Positions 12,016-24,839 of a stretch of 25,137 bases of DNA are shown piece after piece. Numbering within the stretch: the stretch's first letter is position 1; each line of letters opens with the position of its first letter. Source of the DNA: Tubiluchus corallicola. Taxonomy: Eukaryota > Animalia > Priapulida. The translations under genes and the position numbers were made by a program. The notes beneath the pieces were generated by a model. The model was not told the DNA's origin and did not search any database. It saw only the letters and a program-made list of their open reading frames with translations. The stretch is from positions 1 through 25,137 of the forward strand of contig JAQGDQ010001799.1 of the NCBI GenBank assembly GCA_030141605.1, in the 5' to 3' direction.

Positions 12016-12443
12016 TCTTGATGTCAGATTTCTTTTGTCTCAGAATTTTGTCTAAAATAGACGTAGGTCGAATGGAAATTATGATGATGACTGAAAAACG
12101 TTTCAATTTTTGCATTTCCGACTGGGAAGTTCTGATTTGGGTACACTTTATGTAAACTAGTCATTCAGTTTTACACTAGTATTAGATTCATTTTATTTTA
12201 TGCGAGTCAAATAAACTGAACTGAACTGAACCGGACCGTCTCACCGAATCTGGTTAGTATCGAACTAGATGGGTGACCAATGAAATCTGAGATGATTCAT
12301 AATTACAAATTTAATAAAATGAATAAAAAATTCAAAGAAAATGAAATGAAGTCGATACTTTAAGTCACCAAAGTTTATCATCTGTGAAAATATAAATAAC
12401 AATTCACGAAAGACCAAGAAAAACAAAATAATTGGATTATTAG

Positions 12444-12807
12444 TGTTTTGTTTCTCTCGGAAGGCTCGTAGAGAAAACCAGAAAACACTTCGTCAAATTA
12501 AACTAGTTTATTAAGCCAAAATTCTACAACACAAAAGTATGAAGGAACGCGAAATGTTTACAGTAAAAGTGAAAACCTGGAAAACATTTAAGTGTATCTG
12601 AAAATACAAGTATACAAGAGAATGTGTAAGTGGCGTCTGTGTGAATCTGTGTGTCTGTCTCAGCGGCCTGCTTCGCCTTATATAGGGTGCCAGGGAACAT
12701 TCTAGACGTTTCTTTCTAGAACATTCTACAAGGTAAGACGATTATTCTAATGGAACATTCTACAATGTTCTATGTAATTCTAATAGATGCCAGCGATCTC
12801 CACAACA
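12444..12807 (-). mobile_element. Solo LTR (364 bp) of an LTR retrotransposon; 5-bp TSD suggests BEL/Pao or Copia
   Basis: TGTT...AACA termini flanked by direct ATTAG (12439-12443 and 12808-12812). On the minus strand, TATATAA (12678-12684) precedes AATAAA (~12507-12512) in U3-R-U5 order. Confidence 0.88.
12695..12770 (-). promoter_or_regulatory. Cluster of heat-shock elements upstream of the LTR TATA box
   Basis: GAAcaTTCtaGAcgtTTC (12695-12712), TTCtaGAAcaTTC (12714-12726) and GAAcaTTCtacAAtgTTC (~12753-12770) are alternating nGAAn arrays. Confidence 0.75.
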
Positions 12808-13077
12808 ATTAGTAGTACGCACCTCTAAACAAGCACTTTTTGTATTTCTGCAGAGTATTTTTAACATTATCATTGATTATCTTCACTGATTTTTCTATTT
12901 TTTCCGGCGCGGTTTTCTCTACGATGTATCGTGTGCAGTGTTCTATTATACGTCAACACAATGTATGAGGCATGAGTCAAAACAATGGTTTTCATTGTTT
13001 CATTTCCAACATTGTCCATGTTTGATTTTCGTTCTTTTCTTTTTCATCTGAAGATAGTCAACGGCGGCGAAACGAAA

Positions 13078-13220
13078 TCAGACTTTAGACTCAGACTTAA
13101 ATTTGTTTATTTATACATTTAGCAAAATATTATATTAGACTAAATATTACAATTACAGAACTGATAATAATTACAGGAAAAATTAACTGCTAAGCCAAGC
13201 TCAACATAGATAGGCTTAAT
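13078..13220 (-). mobile_element. Probable 5'-truncated LINE/SINE 3' end
   Basis: On minus: short stem taagcc...ggctta, AT-rich tract, AATAAA (13106-13111), then a degenerate (AGTCTG)n tail. Confidence 0.4.
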
Positions 13221-13298
13221 TATGACATAAACAAACAACAAATGCTGATCAATAAATGAAGTAAAGAAATGGCGACGAGGAGACGAGAATGACTACGT

Positions 13299-13448
<150 letters not shown>

Positions 13449-14105
13449 CAGCAATTGTGATACATTGCTGATGGCAATGGTGGTGACAATGATGGTGACA
13501 ATGACAGTAAATTGTTGCTAATGATGGTGCGTCATGATCGATGACTTAAACAAATCAGTTTTGCAATGTTATGAAGATTAGGATTAAAATGAACAATGAA
13601 TAATAATGACGTTCATATTCATTTGATAGTCAAATTGGTGAGCTGAAAATGTATCTTTTCCTCATTTCTTTCTTCTGAGGTCCACTTATTCTTCTACAAA
13701 TTGACCACTCCGAGGTTTGACCCTTACGAAAATGACCCTCGGCGTTTCGAGGCCATTCTGTGTATTTTGAAATGTTTAGGCTAGTGGGCCTAGTACATTA
13801 AGGCTGAATTAAGGATTATGATGAACGTCAGCAATAGACATTTTATACAACGATTGCATGGCTGGAATTTTTTAAATGTCATAAAATAAACTGTCAAATC
13901 AGATAACTGAACTAGAATGATTCTCATTGGTTGACAATTTTCTGCGCATGCGCACGTTGATGTGTGTTGCTTCTGACCTGACTCTTGCCTTCTTTACAAT
14001 AACCGTTTTTATTAACCCATGATAATTTGACGAATTTTGTTTAACTTGTGTCTGCGTATAATGCAGTATAGAGACAATGTGGTCTCTGTCTGTGTTAGTA
14101 CTGAC

Positions 14106-14196
14106 CAGTGTCAATGGAGCGTATAGCGTCGGCTTTTGACCCTGTATCGCTTAGATTGTCCCTGGTGTTGGTGATGATGGTTTTTAGTTTCATTAA
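14106..14196 (-). other. Possible isolated coding exon of an unknown gene
   Basis: Acceptor gtcctttaaattctcAG, donor G|GTCAGT, 91 nt open (LMKLKTIITNTRDNLSDTGSKADAIRSIDT). No homology recognised. Confidence 0.25.
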
Positions 14197-14281
14197 CTGA
14201 GAATTTAAAGGACAACAAAACACTCTTCGTAAATAAAGCCTGAAAATTGAAAATTTGTCTTGAAATCGCATATCACTTGTA

Positions 14282-14539
14282 TGCTTTCTTGTTGCATACA
14301 GGGTTCGTGTAACAGTAACGATGTTGCTTTTTTGTTGCATACAGGGTACGTGTAACTGTAATGATGTTGCTTTCTTGTTGCATACAGGGTTCGTGTAACA
14401 GTAACGATGTTGCTTTCTTGTTGCATACAGGGTTCGTGTAACTGTAACGATGTTGCTTTCTTGTTGCATACAGTTTTCATGTAACAGTAACGATGCTGCT
14501 TTCTTGTTGCATACAGGGTTCGTGTAACAGTAACGATGT
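14282..14539. repeat. 43-bp minisatellite, 6 copies
   Basis: Unit tgctttcttgttgcatacagggttcgtgtaacagtaacgatgt. Confidence 0.95.
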
Positions 14540-16017
14540 ATAGAACTTGTAAATTCAATTTCCCGCCACGTGTTTTTTGGTGAATCAGTGATGCACACTG
14601 GGATAGCGATGCAGTGTCCGATCAAGTGGCGCAACATTTTAAATTATTAAGAAGTTTCTTTTCCAACTACATAAATATTTCAAATTTGGTAAAGGTAATG
14701 CTAAGTAATATAACTTTTGAATGGAATGTTCTTTGAGATACACTTTAAAATTACGTTTTGTTCCACCTGTCAAAATCTAGAAGTCTTATTACATAAATAG
14801 GGTGTCTTTGGGCTTAACAAAACAGGACAGTCCTGAGAAGAAACATGGCAGAGCTGGACATGGCTGGACATTCTTCAAAATATTCTCTCCAACTGGTCAT
14901 TGCCTGACCATCCCAGTGACTCACTGAGAAACGCATTATTAACCTTATTGACAACATGAAGTTATATAATCTTCTGGTTGATTTGTGAAGTGTGTGCTAT
15001 ACGCGAATGCTCTGATAATAGGAATGCTGTCTAAACTTGTTTCAAACGACTTACCCTAAAAATGGCTGCGCCTAACAGTCATCGCTGAAGTTTAAGTTTA
15101 CATGTTTTATACGGCTTTTCTGTTAAGGCAAGCTCTGTATGCAATAAGGCAGCCCATATGTGATGTAAAATTTTAAGACGAATTTTTAAGCTTTGTTTAT
15201 GCAGAGTGTTTTCTTGTGTTTTAAAAATTTCAAGTCTACTAAGCAAGCTAGTATGGAAAAACGATTGCTAAACTAAAGCTAAAATCTCCGTATATTCCGA
15301 AAAGTTAAAATCCGAAACAAAGTCTTATGTAATCTCCAAAACAGAACTTTAAGCAGTTACTGAATTATAACATGTCTAAAACAGTCAAGTTTTTACTTGT
15401 ACTGCATCATTGTTTACTATTTACATGTCATTCGCCATTAGCATTGCAAATTATGTAAACCCTTTAAGCTAACATTACCCGTCTTAGTGCCATGACAGGG
15501 AGTTCAGAAAAAGCGGCCCTATTCCACCAGTAAAATTGGTGTATTCATTTACTTTGTCACAAGCCTGTCAGTATATTATAGAAATCTGTGAACATCAAAT
15601 AACTGGCACTCCAAATTTGAAATTCTATCCTTCAGTGGGCGGAGACGAGGGCTATTGTCCCACCCGACATCATTCCGCCCTCTGCATTTTTAAGCATTGT
15701 GGGTCGACACTCGTGATGTGAAAGGTAATTCAAATTTTAGTAGAAAGTACTACCTTGTAAGGTCAATAGGCTAAGCGTGTGAGGCGTAATAGATATTAGC
15801 CTTTTATGGTGTGAAATAATAAACATGATCAGCATAATGAAATGTGATTATACTTTTTGGCGGATTGGTATGATTGACAATTCTGTACGTGCGTAAAGTG
15901 AAGGATGGTTTTCGTTACGCGAGAAAAAATAGTGCCATAGACGTGAAAAGTCGTTTAAAAACTTGTACTTACTTATAAGTTTGTTAAAAACTAATAATGC
16001 AAAAGCAGTTTTTGGGC

Positions 16018-16637
<620 letters not shown>

Positions 16638-17611
16638 TCAGTACCAGGAGTGAAAGATGTACACTATCAATATTAAAATAAAACAACTTACACCATCATC
16701 ATGAAATATAACAAGCCTACAAATCAAAATCAAGATGCACATTGAATTTTCAAAGCCAGAATGTCAATCCTTTGGAATTTTACCAGAGCAACAACTAAAT
16801 GCATTTTATATTTAAGTTTTAGCAATTGTTAGAAGTAGTTATGCTTATGCCAGTGGGATATGAAATTTATATAATCACTTCTATGACTTGATAGAATTAG
16901 CCGATCGTTAAACTTAATTACGACTCTCAAATTTAACAACGTAGCTCAATTATTTTAAAAGAACCGCTTAATTAACACGAATTAGTGACAAAAATGAAAT
17001 TTCTTTGAGATGCTGAGCGCAGATCAATCATACTTGTTATCTACCTTATTCACCTTGATTTACTGTAATTTCACCACAGATTTGACAATGGAAATTATTC
17101 AAGTTTATTCAAGTTTATTACCACACTGATCTAGTTTAATGATCGGTAGGTTCTTTTCACGGTCTGTACAATTTAAACACGCTACTAAATCTCAGCTGGA
17201 CGTTTTTCAATGATCGAAGACAATTATAGCAAATAAAGGCCCAAGCGTTATTTCTGACACTTGTTTAAATAGTTTTGAATATGGTGCTTGACCCTCGTAT
17301 TTACCTAAACACAGTTACTGCACAATTCCTTACTAATTATGCATGAAAACTGACAATGAATTGAACAAACAAAGCCATAGAAATATATAGGACTACAGCT
17401 TTTTACTAGATCAAGGGATCTAGGTTAAACTTGCTAAGCGTGAAATATGACGCGGCGGGGGGTGGGGGGGGGGTGTGGTATTGATGAACCAATAATTAAC
17501 TACGCGGGCAGACAACTACCTGGGGTAACCGAGGGCAAATGTGAGTTTGTAAAGGCAGGGATTTCAGAAATTGTGCATGCGCAGTAAAGTTAAAGTTAAA
17601 AAACAAGGCTA

Positions 17612-18040
17612 TCTTATTGCATACAGGGCTTGCGTTAGCAGTAACGCTTTATAGAACTGTAAATTTAATCTCCCGCTAGAATTTTGTGTCGCTTAGATGC
17701 CGTCTTATAGCATACAGGGCCTGCGTTAGCAGTAACGCTTTAGGGACTGTAAATTTAATCTCCCGCTAGAATTTTGTGTCGCTTAGATGCCGTCTTATTA
17801 CATACAGGGCTTGCGTTAGCAGTAACGCTTTATAAAACTGTAAATTTTATCTCCCGCTAGAATTTTGTGTCGCTTAGATGCCGTCTTATTGCATACAGGG
17901 CTTGCGTTAGCAGTAACGCTTTATAGAACTGTAAATTTAATCTCCCGCTAGAATTTTGTGTCACTCAGATGCCGTCTTATTGCATACAGGGCTTGCGTTA
18001 GCAGTAACGATGTATAAACCTTGCAAATTTAAACTCCCGC
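17612..18040. repeat. ~91-bp tandem repeat, ~4.7 copies, related to the 43-bp repeat
   Basis: Units start at 17612, 17703, 17793, 17884 and 17975 and share the core ttgcatacaggg..gcagtaacg. Confidence 0.95.
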
Positions 18041-18854
18041 GATAACTGTTAGGCGCAGCAATTTTAGCAGTAATTTATTTGAAACAAGTTTAGATAACAT
18101 TACGTAAAGTTTGAAAAAATAATCTGAGCATTCGTTTCACACACTCTTCCCTAACTAAGAAAAAGTTTAAATTCCTTCATATTGTCAATAAGATCAATAA
18201 TATGTTTTTGGTGAGTCAATGGTGCACACTGGGATAGCCGTTTGCCAGGTGACTTGAACATTTTAAATTATTAAGAATTTCCATTTCTAATCACACAGAG
18301 CTTTCAAACAGGTAAGCGTCGTAACACTAAGTATTATAAGTTAGTGTGAAAAGTATTTTGTATATTCGTTTAAATTTCGTTCTCTTCCCATTTAGCAATA
18401 CGTACAGGATGTTCGGAAAGGAAACTACGTATTTAAAAGAAATTTAAAACAAGTGTTGGTATATTGTTGTAATGCCGTGAAGCTGTACTAAATAGTTACT
18501 ACCTGAAAATTGTCCATCCATTTCATAGTAGCAAAGCAGGTTTGAGAAGTATAATGTCAAAACTAAATAACACCACCGGAAATGATCATTTGGAGACAAA
18601 CTCAAATGGGCGCAGACATTTTATTTTATGTAAGATAAACCGACAATTGTAGCGAGTTCATCACTAGTACTGATCTTGTACAGTTCGAAGACAGGGGAGT
18701 CATAGTTGGCAGGCGTGGTTTAAAAACCTTTGAAATGCCGCCGCCTTCTTCCTAAAAGCGACCTCAGGGTCATAATTGACAGACATTTGAACGTCGATCC
18801 AAACCTTACTGAAATTTATCATGTGGCACAGTTACGTCATTACATAAAAATAGA

Positions 18855-18950
18855 AGACTCAAGAGCCTCAATTTATGATCGTTGGAGGAGAGACGATTAC
18901 TAAACGATTTGATCATATGTTACAAAGTAATACATAGGGATGTTGATTTA
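18855..18950 (+). pseudogene. Old CR1-clade LINE ORF2 C-terminal fragment
   Basis: Translates RLKSLNL*SLEERRLLNDLIICYKVIHRDVDL, matching the CR1 motif L.L.SLE.RR...DLI..YK; contains a stop. Confidence 0.7.
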
Positions 18951-19546
18951 TATAAAAAATGGATAGAATGTAGGTTGTGAAAAGATTGGACAGCAACCAC
19001 TTTGAACCTGGAAAATTACTTTCAACTTCAGTGTTTTTGCGTTTATAGTCTTTTGATTTAAATTTTCTGATGAAAAATTTCTTTAAGCATCGAAGCAACG
19101 TAATCATCCTGTTACTGTATATAGTTTTTCGTTCTGTTGTTTGCTTACAATGCTAGACATCAGCAAAAATTTATAGTTTTAATGCAGATTATTTCATTTC
19201 TGACGGAAACTCGGGATTTTACTAATTTCTGTAAAATTCGCTTTTCGGCGGAAATGTGTCACATTCTCGTTCCGGTTTTGTCGTGAATTGGTTGTTATTA
19301 ATCATGACGACAGCGCTACTTTTAGTAGAACCAGTCGATGACGTTAGTGCAAAAGTCCGGAAGCTGCTGCAGCTCAAGTGATGCGGATGCAATGATGCTG
19401 AAGATGAAAAGTAATTGGTGACCTCGTTGTGTGCCACTTTAGACACGCTTAACACTTGATTAACGAAGGTCTTGATCTGATTTACCCCAAAGCTGTTTGC
19501 TAAGTGGGAATTTAGAGCTGAAGTGGTAATTGACTTTTAGCTGTGG

Positions 19547-20321
19547 GCTGTAAACTAGCAGCAAAGTTTGTCAGGTTGTAGCTAACATCTTCCCTCTCTC
19601 ATCGTGCTGTAAAGTGCCAGCAAAGTTTGTCAGGTTGTAGCTAACATCTTCTCTCTCTCATCGTGATGTAAACTACCAGCAAAGTTTGTCAGGTTGTAAC
19701 TAACATCTTCCCTCTCTCATCCTGTTGTAAACTGGGAGCAAAGTTTGTAAGGTTGTAGCTAACATCTTCCCTCTCTCATCCTGTTGTAAACTGCCAGCAA
19801 AGTTTGTCAGGTTGTAACTAACATCTTCCCTCTCTCATCCTGTTGTAAAGTGCCAGCAAAGTTTGTCAGGTTGTAACTAACATCTTCCCTCTCTCATCCT
19901 GATGTAAACTGCCAGCAAAGTTTGTCAGGTTGTAACTAACATCTTCCCTCTCTCATCCTGTTGTAAACTGCCAGCAAAGTTTGTCAGGTTGTAACTAACA
20001 TCTTCCCTCTCTCATCCTGTTGTAAACTGCCAGCAAAGTTTGTAAGGTTGTAACTAACATCTTCCCTCTCTCATCGTGTTGTAAACTGGGAGCAAAGTTT
20101 GTAAGGTTGTAACTAACATCTTCCCTCTCTCATCGTGCTGTAAACTGGCAGCAAAGTTTGTCAGGTTGTAGCTAACATCTTCCCTCTCTCATCGTGATGT
20201 AAACTGCAGCAAAGTTTGTAAGGTTGTAACTAACATCTTCCCTCTCTCATCGTGATGTAAACTGCCAGCAAAGTTTGTAAGGTTGTAACTAACATCTTCC
20301 CTCTCTCATCTTGCTGAAAAC
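19547..20321. repeat. 59-bp minisatellite, ~13 copies
   Basis: Unit gtaaactgccagcaaagtttgtcaggttgtaactaacatcttccctctctcatcctgtt. Confidence 0.97.
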
Positions 20322-20478
20322 TCACATAAGAGCTGAGAAAAGCAAAAAGTGACCAGGTGCGAACGGTCAATCAGTTTGGACTCTAGTTTATTCAACTATA
20401 ATTTGAAATTTGTAATTTCGCGAATTTTTTCGAATTTTAAGTTTTTTTTCGTTTTTGCTGTTTTTGGTGTTGTTGTTG

Positions 20479-21970
20479 CTCTTTTTGTCTTGCTGCTGTT
20501 GCAGTTGCGTTGTCGTTGTTTATGATGATAACGATATTGCTATTGTTTTTGCTATTGCTGCTGTTGCTGTTGTTGTCGATGTCGCCGTCGTCGTCGTTGT
20601 TGTTGTCGTCGTCATTGTTTTGTTGTTGATGATGATGTTTTCTTTGTTAATGTTGTTGTCATTGTTGTTGCTTCCGCTACCGCTGCTATTGTCGTTGTTG
20701 GCTTTTGTGTTTTAGTATTACTACGTGCAGTTGCAGTTGTGGCTGCTGTTGACACTTTGACTAGTGTAACACAGCCCTAGATTTACTTGTAACAGGAATT
20801 ATGCTACTGTGGTGAACGTGCAGTATCACTGCAATTGACAGGGCCAACTAGCCACCGTCTAAGCTTAGTAACTAAGCAATTTATGTGACTTTAACACTTT
20901 TGTAATGCAGATGTGAAAGAAGTAACTTATTATCTTCACTAATTTTCCTGTTTAATGTGCAGGAATCATCGTCTTATGCCTTTTGAAGAAAAAAAACGGG
21001 ACTTTCTAAAACTGTAGCATTTTCAAATTGTCAAAAAGTGACGCAACAACCATTAACAAATGAGCCAGCCTACCTTGTTTGGAATAAACTACCGGCATTA
21101 AAATTCATTAATTTCAATCCCAAAAAACGCGGTTTGAAAAATTCTAGTAAAGAAAAGGTGATTTATCTTCAAAAACATGGCAAAACGTCGATCCACAACG
21201 TTAACAGGCCAGCAATTATTAATTAGCTGACATTTAAGTCAAGGCCAAATGCTGTATCGGTTTGATTATCAAGGTCTAAAACTGACAGGTGTCGCTAGTG
21301 GTAAATACCTGTATCGTTGAAACGTTAGTAACAGCTGCTTATTGGTTGGTATTAATGATTGTTGAGGATTGATTGTTAATGATAAAAAACAGAAGTCTTC
21401 TAATACAGTATAAATGAAAAACTCTAATAATGAAGTGAAAATGGAACGCATTGTTAGGGGAAAACTTGACCGAGAAGTTGGCCTAGATTCTAGAAGATAA
21501 TAAATTCTAGAAGGAAAATGAGTTAAGATAATAAGTTACTTCTTTCACATCTGCATTATAAAAGTGTTAAAGTCACACAAATTGCTTAGTTACTAAGCTT
21601 AGAAGGTGGCTAGTTGGCCCTGTCAAATGCAGTGATACTGCACGTTCACCACAGTAGCATAATTCCTGTTACAAGTAAATCTAGGGCTGTGTTACACTAG
21701 TCAAAGTGTCAACAGCAGCCACAACTGCAATAGCATGTAGTAACACTAAAAGATAAAAGCCAACAACGATAATAGCAGCGGTAGCGGAAGCAACAACAAT
21801 GACAACAACGTTAACAAAGGAAACATCATCATCAACAACAAAACAATGACGATGACAACAACAACGACGGCGACATCGACAACAACAGCAACAGTAGCAA
21901 AAACAATAGCAATATCATTATCATCATACACAACAACAATGCAACTGCAACAACAGCAAGACAAGAGGAG
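20479..21970. repeat. Inverted duplication 1: arms ~20479-20949 and ~21512-21970, spacer 562 bp
   Basis: Reverse-complement match with scattered substitutions and indels. The outer halves are degenerate (TGT)n/(ACA)n and the inner halves are unique sequence. Confidence 0.95.
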
Positions 21971-22747
21971 TTTGGTTCGTTTCCAGTTTTGTGTCGCAGT
22001 TGATTATTTTATTGATTTTATTTAATTTTAACCAATTTCACTGGCTCTAAAATTGAAACTATATCGTAAAACAATATTAAAAAAAGAATATGGTGTGTAA
22101 GTTGTAAATAATGTACAAATATAATGTAAATCTACATTGAATATAATATGTACAGAAGCACAATTGTATTTTAGTGAAATGGAATGTTGAATAAAGTTTT
22201 CAACATCTCCATTTTGTCAAGACAATATAGGAAAGATTTTAAGATAAGAAAAATGAGGGCGAAGTGTTTTGTTAATAAGCCTTTCACAGTGACAGCGATT
22301 GATGATGATCGTGAAAAGGTCAAAGGTACCAGACAATGCATTTGTGTACACTCAACAACGCCTCGCAGCCCCTGTTATTGTAACATGTAGTAAAGTTTTC
22401 ACAGCTACGTAGGTAGAACCTTCCATTTTTTCTGGTCCTCAAGCAAGATCCTTCTGGTAAATTCATTCTACGTACAGACTAATGCATAACTAAATAAAGT
22501 CTACGTAAAACACCTGAAGTTACTGAACTGATGCGCAGGCGGCTTTGCTTTACCTACATGTCACGTGCCGGTTTTAGCTTAGATGCGATGATGTGGTTCA
22601 CTTAACGTTTATCCTACAACAACGGCACATGCGCACAACGAAACTGTGAAACGGCTTATTGGAAAGACGGAAATGTAAAATGAAGAAAAATGTTAGACTG
22701 TATTCTTAATTCTATTTGGACTTGAATTTTTGAGTTGCTGACATGTG

Positions 22748-23066
22748 CTGTACTGTACTGTACTGTACTGTACTGCACTGCACTGCACTGCACTGCACTG
22801 CACTGCACTGCACTGCACTTTACTTTACTTTACTTTACTGTACTGTACTGTACTGTACTGTACTGTACTGTACTGTACTGTACTGTACTGTACTGTAGGT
22901 ACTGTACTGTACTGTACTGTACTGTACTGTACTGTACTGTACTGTACTGTACTGTACTGTACTGTACTGTACTGTACTGTACTGTACTGTACTGTACTGT
23001 ACTGTACTGTACTGTACTGTACTGTACTGTACTGTACTGTACTGTACTGTACTGTACTGTACTGTA
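22748..23066. repeat. (TACTG)n pentanucleotide array with CACTG and TACTT blocks
   Basis: Direct inspection. Confidence 0.99.
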
Positions 23067-23315
23067 TTGTTACCTGACAGAGACTGTGTAAGGTCTTCCC
23101 GAATTCAATACAAACGACACGCTTCTGTGTGTGTGTGTGGGGGGGGGGGGTGTTAAGAGAAATGAATTTGTTCAATCTGCATTAAGAACAATTATTAGAA
23201 TTGAAGAAGTTGTGCATGTCTGTCAAAGCTTGCTTCCAAAGTTCTTCATTAAAGTTTATAAAATTAGTAACATTTCCTTCAATTCATTTTGCTAAATGAA
23301 CATTTTCTCTTTCAG

Positions 23316-23386
23316 GATTTTCTCAAGGATTACGGCTACGTAGCAACCAATGAATTGGACAGAAGGTCTCTCTCATCTGCCGTAAA
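23316..23386 (+). CDS. Internal exon resembling the start of a matrix metalloproteinase pro-domain (PG-binding-like)
   Basis: Strong acceptor ttttctctttcAG and donor GTAAGT. Encodes DFLKDYGYVATNELDRRSLSSAV(K), like the MMP motif (Y/F/W)LxxYGY(L)...LxxAI. Peptide is short, so the family call is tentative. Confidence 0.6.
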
Positions 23387-23717
23387 GTAAGTAAAAATTT
23401 CAAAGGAAAGGTCAAGTAATTTAATGTTGGACTTTTTTTTACTGTTATCGCATAAATTTAAAAAATATAACTAAAGAAATTCGCAAAAAACTGTCTAAAG
23501 TATGAAGTTAATTCATGCTACCTCTGTATAGAAATTTTCAGTCTCGGTGGTTACCTCCATTCAGTTGAAAATTATGACGTCACTGGTGGACGCCGAGACT
23601 TTTCGAAAACGCATTGTAGCTGAATTATAAGAACACATTTGGTTATGAAAGTGTTCAGCTTTAACACACAACACACCAAACAAAACAAACCAAAAACACA
23701 CACACAACATCTGCACC

Positions 23718-23837
23718 TGAATTACTATGAAGTACTTATATTTACCTTAGAATCTAGAGTTTCATCACACACAACTATTTTTCTGTACCTAGATGAATTT
23801 GAATTACTATGAAGTACTTATTTACCTTAGAATCTAG
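23718..23837. repeat. ~40-bp direct repeat inside the spacer
   Basis: tgaattactatgaagtactta(ta)tttaccttagaatctag at ~23718 and ~23800. Confidence 0.85.
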
Positions 23838-24519
23838 TCCATTGGACGCAAATACATAAATATCAAGACGAAAAACTTTTTGTGCATCGGCATTTCTTGT
23901 TGTTTTACGATTATGACTATCGCAAATCTCAGAAGATCTTATCTTTGTACAAACTTAAATCATATTAAAGCGGTTTTTTCTCTATATTTTCTGTTTTTAG
24001 CAGATCCTTCTCAAAGAATTCCAATAACTGCATTCATCTCAATGGAAATAGAGTCATACAAGCATCGCAAAGACAAAAATATGCAATTTGTTGTGTACAG
24101 TATCTGTCAAAATTGTACTGATTCCATTCCAATTTCGTCATAACTGACGATGGTACTGCCATTTTATCTTTCATTGCGCTTTTTGTTTTGAATTTATTCT
24201 GAAAGTTTTACATATAAAAAATAAAAGTTAGACGTTGTGTGTTAAAGCTGAACACTTTCATAACCAAATGTGTTCTTATAATTCAGCTACAATGCGTTTT
24301 CGAAAAGTCTCGGCGTCCACCAGTGACGTCATAATTTTCAACTGAATGGAGGTAACCACCGAGACTGAAAATTTCTATACAGAGGTAGCATGAATTAACT
24401 TCATACTTTAGACAGTTTTTTGCGAATTTCTTTAGTTATATTTTTTAAATTTATGCGATAACAGTAAAAAAAAGTCCAACATTAAATTACTTGACCTTTC
24501 CTTTGAAATTTTTACTTAC

Positions 24520-24590
24520 TTTACGGCAGATGAGAGAGACCTTCTGTCCAATTCATTGGTTGCTACGTAGCCGTAATCCTTGAGAAAATC
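24520..24590 (-). CDS. Inverted identical copy of the MMP-like exon
   Basis: Exact reverse complement of 23316-23386 with both splice sites. Confidence 0.55.
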
Positions 24591-24839
24591 CTGAAAGAGA
24601 AAATGTTCATTTAGCAAAATGAATTGAAGGAAATGTTACTAATTTTATAAACTTTAATGAAGAACTTTGGAAGCAAGCTTTGACAGACATGCACAACTTC
24701 TTCAATTCTAATAATTGTTCTTAATGCAGATTGAACAAATTCATTTCTCTTAACACCCCCCCCCCCCACACACACACACAGAAGCGTGTCGTTTGTATTG
24801 AATTCGGGAAGACCTTACACAGTCTCTGTCAGGTAACAA

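Larger units (their letters stand above)
23067..24839. repeat. Inverted duplication 2: unique arms 23067-23672 and 24234-24839, spacer 561 bp, continuing outward into the pentamer arrays
   Basis: Position x pairs with 47906-x. No mismatch seen by eye, including the 12-G/12-C run. Confidence 0.97.

Noticed and set aside
13775-13795. Helitron-like 3' end (small hairpin plus CTAG|T)
   Set aside because: Stem only ~5 bp and no 5' end identifiable.
14095-14637. 180-aa and 117-aa minus-strand ORFs, including DTGS as possible THNSL2 exon 3
   Set aside because: Mostly 43-bp repeat; wrong strand and no TSGDTG context.
18403-18440. Tc1/mariner-like end TA|CAGGATGTTCGGAAAG (similar at ~5415)
   Set aside because: No partner TIR or transposase found.
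19222-19500. GC-richer minus-strand segment that could be a terminal exon
   Set aside because: No recognisable homology; splice and frame ambiguous.
22290-22325. Candidate upstream MMP mini-exon (TAIDDDREKVK)
   Set aside because: Weak donors and uncertain phase; no signal-peptide exon identified.
20455-23175. Hydrophobic or Cys-rich ORFs (20455, 21746, 22735, 22745, 22825)
   Set aside because: Derived from (TGT)n and (TACTG)n repeats.
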